Source of the DNA: Eledone cirrhosa
Lineage: Eukaryota
Assembly (NCBI GenBank): GCA_964016885.1
Contig: OZ024745.1
Span: 134,416,001-134,480,000 of the forward strand
Direction of reading: 5' to 3'
DNA length: 64,000 bases
Positions 54,660 to 64,000 of the stretch are shown here, one piece after another (position 1 is the first letter of the stretch; each line of letters begins with the position of its first letter). The translations under genes were made by a program, and so were the position numbers. The notes under the pieces were generated by a model. The model was not told the DNA's origin. It searched no databases and saw only the letters and a list, made by a program, of their open reading frames with translations.

Positions 54660-54968
54660 CTGTGTTGAGAGAGAAACTGTGTCTGAGAGGGATAAACTGT
54701 AGTGGGGGGGGGGGGGGCTGCGATGGTATGGACATGTGGCGTGTATGGAGGATGACCGGTTAAAGAGTGCCAAGAAATGCCAGTAGAGGGAAGACGTAGT
54801 AGAGAAAGACCACGAAAAACATGGGCGGAGGTGGTGAGAGCAGACCTCAGATCGCTGAAACTCACGGGGATAACGAGGGACTGTGACAAGGGGAGAAATG
54901 CTGTACTGAAGAGGACCCGTTCCACCCTTGCAAGCAGTGAAAAGCGGACGTAAAATGATGATGATGAA
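54660..54968 (+). mobile_element. RTE LINE 3' fragment
   Basis: LRWYGHV and RPRKTW, then the tail acccttgcaagcagtgaaaagcggacgtaaaatgatg. Confidence 0.88.
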
Positions 54969-55167
54969 TGCTCTTGTGTTGTTTTTTTTTTTACGTCACG
55001 CAAAGGGAGGTAACTCATTTATGTTTCAGTGTTGGTTTGAAGCTGAACTCCGCCAGTTGCAGACTGTACATCGAAGTTTGTGGAGAAAAGTATCTCATGT
55101 TGATACGAAGTCTTGCAACTGGCGGAGTTTAATTATTTTAAACAGGCATTCTTAAAATGGCTACACT

Positions 55168-55432
55168 TTTGTGAGTGTACGTGTCAGTGTTTTTATGTGT
55201 GTGTGTCTGAGTGTATGGGTGTGTGAGTGTAAGTGTGTCTGAGTGTATGGGTGTGTGAGTGTAAGTGTGTCTGATTGTTTTTGAGTGTGTGTGAGTATGG
55301 GTGTGTGTCTGAGTGTTTCTGTGTGTGAGTATGGGTGTTTGTGTGTGTGTGAATGTAAGTGTGTCTGAGTGTTTCTGTGTGTGAGTATGGGTGTTTGTGT
55401 GTGTGTGTGAATGTAAGTGTTTCTGTGTGTAT
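55168..55432. repeat. Degenerate (GT)/(GAGTGT) simple repeat
   Basis: GT-rich low-complexity run with recurring gagtatgggtgt units. Confidence 0.85.
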
Positions 55433-55544
55433 ATATTGTACAAGGAGCTAAGTCCATAGCAATATCAAAATAAATTAAAATTATCAAGTATATAAAACGA
55501 CTGCAGTTGAAAGTTATATATACGCATATACCCTTTAGCCGTCA

Positions 55545-55760
55545 CTTTTGACGGCTCGAGGCCAGCTAGTAGCAGGAATAATTTGCAAACTATTTTTTCC
55601 AGCTTGCTGTGTTCGAGACGTTTGGAGGAGTTGGACAGCTGAAGTTCTCATCATCGTTGGTGGCTTGCTTTACCGAGGTATCTAGTGATGCCCGTGAAGG
55701 TGCTTGGTTAATCCAACACCTTAGCCTCACTTACAGCAATGCTGTGTGTGTTGGTTTGCC
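55545..55760 (+). mobile_element. CRE-like LINE 3' fragment
   Basis: FETFGGVG...EGAWLIQHLSL...NAV. Confidence 0.75.
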
Positions 55761-57649
55761 TAAAACAATATTAGTGGGTGCCTCCTGTGAACTTTGTTGT
55801 GGCGTCTGATTGAATGTACGGGTCTTCTTTATTATCATCCCCTTCTTTCTTCCTAATTATTCCCCACACTTTTTTTAATACTGTATATACCTGTATAATT
55901 TTACGCTTATCAAATGAAAAATATTTAATTATAAATCGGATTTCATCAGGACGTCTAATTAAAAATGATTACCTTCTTGAATATTAGAGACATGAATGAA
56001 AGAGTTGCGACGAGGAACAACATCCGAATTTCAGATACGAAGCTGATGGGAAATCTTTATAAGGGAGTTTCTATGTGGTTGATCTACCAGATAGAAACTC
56101 GCAGTGATGATCTGGTCATTCACAGTCCTCCAGCCGACCAGTGCTCATGTTGCATGCCCACTCAAGATCATAGCAACTCCTCGAGTATAATATTATTCCT
56201 GACCAGAGTATAGGACATTTTTATCTCCACTCTAAAAATATTTCGGAGTGTTTCAGATAAACACTGAGCCAGCTTTCAACAGCTCGCAAACTACTGAACG
56301 AACACTATCAAGCTTAGTAACTTTACTAACACTGATCAGAATAGAACTTTTTTTTTTACTTAAATGTCCATTGAGGGAGTCTGTACGCTCGAACAGCTAG
56401 AAACGGCAGCCAAATATATCTCAAATCACATCTTTAAAAAAAGAAGGTTGCATTGGATAATGTAGTTTGAGATAAATTATGCCTTGAAAGATGGGATATC
56501 CACGGTTAGCATGCTTTAGGTAATTATGCCTGCTTGATAACCACCGGCTAATTAACTACTTAAACAACTGTTTAACTGTAACTACCCGTAAATTCACTAT
56601 AAGACATTTTTTAAACTAAAGGATTGCTAGAAATCTAAATATATTTCCTTCAATTCTGAATAAGTGGTACTCACCAAACAAAAGACATTTACTTATAACA
56701 GTTGGGTCTTTCAAACTAAAGCGTTTTGGGAACTGCAACGCATATTAAAACGCAAGAATCAATGAAGAATGCCAGTAATATTTATATATTTGTAGTTTGA
56801 AAGAAAGTTTAAATTGTTAATTGCTAACGTAATTTAGCGAAAGTGAGAGTTAACAAATTGTTTATTGCTGAAAATGATGGTCTTGCAAGAATTACGTGTT
56901 ATTGAGAATCTCTTCTGCAAAACATGATTCAAATCAGAACATTATTTGTTTGGTAATTGCTGGCCTTGTGCCTAAAGTAGAAACAATTATTTGTTTTTTA
57001 CTGAAATGACATTGGTCGGATAAATCATGACATTCGCTTTTTAAATGCTTTTTGTACAATAAAAGAACTATTTCTGGAGGCACTATTATAGCTAAAATCT
57101 CACTGAAAGCGAGTATAGTCTTGTTGATTACGCATTAGATTCCTTTTATTAAACATCAGAGCCAGTGATTTAGGGTGAGAAAATAAAGTTATTGCATCAA
57201 CTACTGCGTATTACTGGTACTTATTTCCTAACTTTTGGCACCTTACACTCGCTGATATAGCGATGGCTTGTCCTATAACGAAGTTGCGATGGAATGGCTA
57301 GGAATGTGAACCAAAATCCAGTCTTGGGTGATGTGATAGAGTTTATAATAAACAATATTTTATAAGAAGTTTAATGTGTTGATTATTTTGTATCGGGTTA
57401 TTATAACAGTGAAATCTAAAACTTGACTCGATAGAATTTTGGTAAATATTTATTCTTTTATAATATAAAGGAAAGGGAAACACCTACTAGAGACATTTGT
57501 ATTGATGGAGCTGGATTAAGTTGACAAAATGAGACTGATTATAACTGAAAGGAAAGGAAAATCGACTATAAAACGAAAATGGTTGCGAGGAAACCAGATC
57601 GTACACGGGCAAACTACAGTTGAGCATCCCATAGCTTTCATAACTTTCT

Positions 57650-58130
57650 TAATAATTGTTTCTACCTTTGGCACAAGGCCAGCAATTACCCAGTGCATTA
57701 CTGGTACTTTATTTTATCGACCCCGCAAGGATGAAAGGCAAAGTCAACCTCGGCGGGATTTGAACTCAGATCGTAAAGGGACGTAACTATGCTGGAAAGC
57801 ATGGCGTCCGACCCTCTACCGATACTAATGCATATTTTTCAAAGGCGTAAAATACGATTATGTTGAAATTTAAGAGAAAGTTTGTTTTTTTCAATATAAA
57901 TTTTATATTTTCGCAAGAGATGTAGAAATGACATCGCTATTGGTTTGGCAGTATCAGTAGAGTGTCGGACACCATGTTGTGCAGCATAGAGTTATGTCCC
58001 TTCGCGGTCTGAGTTCAAATCCCGCCGAGGTTAACTATGCCTTTCATCCGTATGAGGTCGATAAAATAAGTATCAGTAATACACTGGGATAATTGCTGGC
58101 CTTGTACCAAAAGTAAAAACAATTATTATT
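57650..58130. mobile_element. Head-to-head inverted pair of tRNA-derived SINEs
   Basis: 57652-57826 is a - strand copy and 57940-58128 a + strand copy of the 28311 family. Confidence 0.88.
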
Positions 58131-58237
58131 ACTAACATGATATTGGAAGGCAAGACGAAAACATTTCCGAGTTTACGTTTTCGCGGGTTCGTTTGGTCAT
58201 CCCTTTCTTCTCCCTTTTGTTGTATGTGGCCCTATAT

Positions 58238-60750
58238 GTGTGTATTGTATGTGGTCCTAGATGTGTGTATTACCTGCTTGTGTGTTGTATGTGGTCCTAG
58301 ATGTGTGTATTACCTGCTTGTGTGTTGTATGTGATCCTAGATGTGTGTATTACCTGCTTGTGTGTTGTATGTGGTCCTAGATGTATGTATTACCTGCTTG
58401 TGTCTTGTATGTGGTCATAGACGTGTGTATTACCTGCTTGTATGTTGTATGTGGTCCAAGACGCGTGTATTACCTGCTTGTGTGTTGTATGTGGTCCTAG
58501 ATGTCTGTATTACCTGCTTGTGTGTTGTATGTGGTCCTAGACGCGTGTATTACCTGCTTGTGTGTTGTATGTGGTCCTAGACGCGTGTATTACCTGCTTG
58601 TGTGTTGTATGTGGTCCTAGACGCGTGTATTACCTGCTTGTGTGTTGTATGTGGTCCTAGACGCGTGTATTACCTGCTTGTGTGTTGTATGTGGTCCTAG
58701 ACGCGTGTATTACCTGCTTGTGTGTTGTATGTGGCTCTAGATGTGTGTATTACCTGCTTGTGTGTTGTATGTAGTCCTAGACGTGTGTATTACCTGATTG
58801 TGTGTTGTATGTATTACCTACTTGTGTGTTGTATGTGGTCCTAGACGTGTGTATTACCTGCTTGTGTGTTGTATGTGGTCCTAGATGTGTGTATTACCTA
58901 CTTGTGTGTTGTATGTGGTCATAGACGTGTGCATTACCTGCTTGTGTGTTGTATGTGGCCCTAGATGCATGTGTAGCGGTTGTCTCCCTTGTTTTGATTG
59001 GGATCTAGACGGGAGGTGGAACCCTTTCTACGACTTCCGGTCAGAGCCCTATAAAACTAACAACTTTAAGCTTCCTTTCTCTCTTTGCCTTTTCGGCACC
59101 AGGTCAAGAGTCTTCTCATTTGGCTCTGCCATTAATTTGGCCAACAGGCGCCTGGCCTTAGCCAGGCGCCCTCTGCCAGCCGCGTTTGCCTGGCAATCAA
59201 AACGGTAACTACTAACTTTGTTTCATTCTAACATCTATCTTTGACATGTCAAGTATACTATCTACCCTCGCTATATTGGTAACCCTGACGTGATACGAAC
59301 ACGCAGCCGTTCATCGCTATAAGGGTCACCCCCCAAAAAAAGAAAAAAATAGCACATCTGGTTTTGTGAGTAACATTACGAATACACAGCAAATTTAGCG
59401 ACAAACTATGAAAATACTCAAGGACACGCACACACGCACATGTGGAATTCGCACAGACATACTTTTTCTCTCACGCATCAATTAACTGTCGCATTTCACC
59501 AATATATATATATATGTTTCTCGTTTCTTACAACGAACACTTTCAAAACAAAAAAAAACATTTCACGATATATATATATGTTTCTCGTTTCTTACAACGA
59601 ACTCTTTCAAAACACAAAAAAAAAAAAAAGAAATTTGATATTCTTTAAAAAACATTTCAACAGGAACATTTATTTTCGATGAACCATTGCCTTTTGTTCA
59701 TCGTTTTCTTCATCGTTCAAGTTTTTTGTTTTTTTCCAAAGTTCACACCTATAATTATGCTGATTGAAGCCTTTCTTTTTCATCATTGTCACTTTCAAAA
59801 TTGCACTATCATTTTCTCGCGCGTTAGAAATATTTTTTTTCAACCTTGTATTGGCACGTGTAGGCAGCATAAATTCTCGATTCACTGAGATGTCTCTACT
59901 CACAGACAGCCGCACGCCAGAGATAGCATTTCTCCCCCAAGGATTCTTCAGCCTTAAGCTATATTCTTCTATTTGCCGGTTTATAAATTTACAATGTAAA
60001 TTTACCGTTGATAACCGCGCATTTATTAAGAATGCTTATTTCTCTGATCGCTGGCCTCTTGACCCTTCCAGGTCAACGCATTCTCAACATCGACCATCAA
60101 CTTCGGCTGCTATTTCTAGCACTTTGCGCAAACCCTCGCTATATATGTATTACCTACTTGTGTGTTGTATGTGGTCCTAGACGTGTGTATTACCTGCTTG
60201 TGTGTTGTATGTGGTCCTAGATGTGTGTATTACCTACTTGTGTGTTGTATGTGGTTCTAGATGTGTGTATTACCCGCTTGTGTGTTGTATGTGGTCCTAG
60301 ATGTGTGTATTACCTGCTTGTGTGTTGTATGTGGTCCTAGACGTGTGCATTACCTGCTTGTGTGTTGTATGTGGTCATAGACGTGTGCATTACCTGCTTG
60401 TGTTGTATGTGGTCCTAGATGTGTGTATTACCTACTTGTGTGTTGTATGTGGTCATAGACGTGTGCATTACCTGCTTGTGTGTTGTATGTGGTCATAGAC
60501 GTGTGCATTACCTGCTTGTGTGTTGTATGTGGTCATAGACGTGTGCATTACCTGCTTGTGTGTTGTATGTGGTCCTAGATGTGTGTATTACCTGCTTGTG
60601 TTTTGTATGTGGCCATAGACGTGTGCATTACCTACTTGTGTGTTGTATGTGGTCCTAGATGTATGTATTACCTGCTTGTGTGTTGTATGTGGTCATAGAC
60701 GTGTGTATTACCTGCTTGTGTGTTGTATGTGGTCCTAGAAGTGTGTAATA
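58238..60750. repeat. 40-bp minisatellite in two blocks (58238-58971 and 60144-60750), split by an LTR element
   Basis: Unit gtggtcctagatgtgtgtattacctgcttgtgtgttgtat repeated head-to-tail with no spacers. Confidence 0.96.
58972..60143 (+). mobile_element. Internally deleted Gypsy-like LTR element: 5' LTR (58972-59275), tRNA-Trp PBS (59277-59294), residual 3' LTR end
   Basis: TGTAGCG...CGCTATA termini, TATA-like cctataaaa, and PBS tggtaaccctgacgtgat. accctcgctata recurs at 60132-60143. Flanks are catg/tatg. Confidence 0.75.
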
Positions 60751-60980
60751 CCTGTTTGTGTTTGTGTTTGTTATTTTTTTTATATCCCTTTCTATTTCCT
60801 TCTCCTTTTCTTTCTTTTCTTTTTTCTCTTTCTATTTGTAATATGTTGACGGTTACGCCTTATAACTCCATCTTTATTTATTATCGTTTTTTTTTTATGC
60901 TTTCAGTATACTTTAATAATTGAAATAAAATTTTCAATAAATGGAAGCATTAAGGAACTATATATTATTTGTATCTTTTC

Positions 60981-61012
<32 letters not shown>

Positions 61013-61722
61013 CACAGGTAAGGAAAACTACGTATGCAGTGGATGTACAGTACAGGGAAATGTGACAGTAGAAGTCGCATTGATAGACACATTTTTCAAA
61101 TGCAGGTAGGTTCTATAGAAGTGGTTGATAGCTTCCGGTATCTAGGTGGTCAGATTAGCATGGGAGGTGGGGAGTTCCGAGGGCATAGTATCTAGAATAA
61201 GGATGGGTTGGAAGAAGTTTAGGAAGCTGCTTCCTCTTTTGACAAAGAAGGGTTTCTCCCTGCGTACGAAAGGCTGGTTATATGATGCCTGTGTGAGACG
61301 CGCGATGCTGCATGGTAGTGAGACATGGGCAGCAACTACAGAGGATATGCGACGGCTGGAGAGAAATGAAGCAAGCGTGCTCCGTTGGAGGTGCAATATC
61401 AATGTGCGTGAACGACCAAGCAGAGATGAGTTGAGAGAGAAACTGGGTATAAGAGGGATAAGTTGTAGTGTGCGGGAGAGAAGACTGCAATGGTATGGAC
61501 AAGTGATGCGCATGGAGGACGACCGCGGGGTAAAGAAATGCCAGTAGAAGGAAGACCACAAAAAACATGGGCGGAGGTGGTGAGAGCTGACCTTAGATCA
61601 TTGAAGCTCACAGAAGAGATGTCGAAGGACCGTGAAAAGTGAGAGATGCTGTGCTGAATAGGACCCGTCCAACCCTTGCAAACAGGGAAAAGCGGACGTA
61701 AAATGATGATGATGATGATGAT
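61013..61722 (+). mobile_element. RTE LINE 3' fragment
   Basis: ENYVC, RIRMGWKKF, MLHGSETW and RLQWYG, then the tail and (gat)n. Confidence 0.92.
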
Positions 61723-61929
61723 ATATATATATATATATATATGAAAAGGGGAGTAAGGTTCTATACAAAACAGTGTTATAGAGAAAAGGTGAAGTTGGAA
61801 ATAGCACTGAAAATATGTTTTAATGTTACAATATTAAAGAAAACGTAAAGGAAGGGGTGAACAACCGAACGAACACCAGAGCAAAAGACAGCAACGTCGC
61901 GAGGACTACTGGGAAACCTCTCTAATGAT

Positions 61930-63720
61930 TTTTGAGGTAAGCCAACACACTCACAGCATTGCCTCGGGTGCTGACGAGGCTAATGCGCTGGAACAACTGT
62001 AGCAAGAATTGCCTCCCTTGTCATGACAATCGCATCACCGCTCTCTAGACAGGAAGTAGCTGGAGTTGCTTCCCTTTGGGAGTGACAGACTCCCTGTTGG
62101 TCCCTTCCGGTCAGACCCTATAAAAGGAACAAGTCAGGACAATCTTCCTCTCTCGCCTCCTGATTTCCGAAGTGGTAACACCTGCGACCATAGCATGAGA
62201 TGATTTCTTTTCTCATAATCCTTCGCCACCAAGAAGAATGCAACATGCAGCCTGAGAGCCTAAGATGTTAACACCAGCTAGAAAAGATCTCTTCTTTTCT
62301 CTACTCACTTCAGCCTGGAGTTGTGACCATCGAGTAACGATTCATTTATATTTAATACCTTTGACTTCTATGAAGTAAAAACATTATCACAACACACACC
62401 GGTATTTACTGTCTTTTGTAATAATTTCATATGTACACCGATACTAATCTCCTAAACAACCAAGCGCCCTCGTGAGATTCGCCAGTTACCTCTATTAGGC
62501 GAGCCGCCAGTGAAGAGAGGAACCTCGCAGTCAGCGGCCTGACTCCCCCAAACGTCTCGAAAGCCACAGGCTGAAAAAAATAGCTGGCTGACAGATCACA
62601 GTATTTGAGGGTCTTACTCCGCTCGGCTGCGGGAGCTGTGGCACTCGTCCTAACCGCAGCATCCATGATGTGGGAAAGAGCAAAAGAGTCACTAACAGTG
62701 ACGTCCCAGACAAGGCACCTGCCTCTCGACCAGGGGCACAGTGTAAGGCCGTCAGGTATTTTGCCGTCACTTCTGGACAACCCAGATGGTTCTAAGATTG
62801 AGGGGATGTTCGCCCGGGCCAAAGCTCTCCTGAGAATGAGGTTTAGCTCCGTGTGACGCACGAAGCGGCAAGAAAGACCATGGAGGCCTGTGGAATCGAG
62901 GAGTTTGCCGCACAGGCACCTCAAACTCATGCAGGTGTTAGCTCCCATACTGAGGGCGATGGAAAAACAAAGTTTGTCCAGGCTGAGTAGGCCACCAACG
63001 TTGGCCACGGGTAGGGTATCAACCCAGTCGCCTGAGTATTTGGCGCTGGCAGATAGTAAGCGGCACCTTGCAAACTGATCTGACTGGACGAAGGTGGCCT
63101 TCGAACTTATGCTGTCCCAAGTTCTCTGACTTCGACTGTCCTCCACCTTCTCAGGAAGAGACAAGCCCAATTCACTCCATTGCTGGAGAGCTTCATCCAT
63201 CTCCCTGTTGTAACTACTCCATGTTGGAGAGGAGAGGATGCTGCTCACCAGGATGGAGGAAAGGAAGCAGGGGAGAGAGAAGGACGAACACTTACGAAGA
63301 CCAAGACCCCCAAATCGCTTGGGCAACGCAGCCTGATCGCGGGACTCTGGAGAGAGTCTAACATTGACCAGGTACTCGAGTCTCTCGAAGATTAGGTCGT
63401 CGAAGCGTTGGAGACAGGACGGAAATCTGTGAGAGGGGCTGACCCTGAACATATACAGAAGCTTAGGAATAGACAGGTAGTTCCTGAGTATGGAAACCTT
63501 GATGGGGTTCGATAACTTCGATATTCTTCAGCAGCTGCTCAAGGCCAACCATCTTCGATTGGAAGATTGACTCGAAGGCCAGGTCTGTGATTGGGGCTCC
63601 TAAGGAGCACGAAGCCGACGGCGGAGGGACCGTGATGGAAGGGAAGAACTCTGCAAACAGGTCGATTAGCTGTTGGTGTTGAGAAGCCGGAAGAATATAT
63701 CTTTCTGAAAGAATCGCGAG
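61930..63720 (-). mobile_element. 5'-truncated CRE-like LINE (RT C-terminal part, zinc knuckle, restriction-like endonuclease), interrupted by a solo LTR
   Basis: LPKRFGGLGL, CLCG...HGLSC, PDGLTL...WDVTV...AERSK..KY, FQPVAFETFG and EGAWLF. The C-terminus QRISLVSTRGNA lies beyond the LTR. Confidence 0.9.
61998..62456 (+). mobile_element. Solo LTR (Gypsy-like)
   Basis: Flanked by a CAAC duplication (61994-61997 and 62457-62460). Termini TGTAG...CTAAA. Shares cttccggtcaga(g)ccctataaaa with the LTR at 58972. Confidence 0.8.
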
Positions 63721-64000
63721 CAATTTATAATGTTATCTAAGCATTTGTAATGTTATTTATGTATATATTTAAAACATATTTGTTGTTATTCTAAATATAT
63801 TTTAGGGCCTGTTATTCTTTTTTCCTCTTTCATTAATGAATTTTTAATATTAAGTGGTGACATTTTTCAACCGTTTGATGGAATTTTCACGGGGTTAGTG
63901 CTGCTGCTGCTACTTTTGACACTTATTCCAATTGATCCGGCTAGATCCTCCAGTTCGATCAGCCGAGTTCATGGATATCATCCAACTATGCTCGTAGTAT

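Noticed and set aside
58238-60750. CRISPR-like regular 40-bp repeats
   Set aside because: The units are contiguous with no unique spacers, no cas genes are present, and the context is eukaryotic. This is a minisatellite.

Overview
Eukaryotic, AT-rich and repeat-dense genomic window. The SINE/LINE families and kilobase-scale TA/TATG microsatellites suggest a cephalopod (octopus-like) genome; that assignment is an inference. Two host genes are supported and lie tail-to-tail. The first is a + strand TRIM-family RING/B-box/coiled-coil gene whose main exon (46030-47099) can be spliced in frame to either of two candidate upstream ATG exons (14651-14720 and 26355-26421). The second is a - strand axonemal dynein light chain 4 (DNAL4) with an uninterrupted CDS (51450-51764). 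Most of the rest is mobile DNA: a CR1-group LINE with an uninterrupted RT frame, several RTE LINE families, CRE-like restriction-endonuclease LINE fragments, Penelope-like remnants with a minimal hammerhead motif, Gypsy LTR remnants, a hAT-like transposon, a Helitron, piggyBac-type MITEs, many SINEs and several minisatellites. The long Y/I/M/V/C ORFs are microsatellite artefacts. The most interesting signals are a covarying H-type pseudoknot module repeated in an RTE 5' UTR and in SINE bodies, the alternative TRIM N-termini, a PHD-like finger inside the RTE reverse transcriptase, and a Gypsy element with a tRNA-Trp primer site inserted in a 40-bp satellite. I see no clear stand-alone novel multi-gene system. 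All of this was read by eye, so repeat boundaries are approximate.
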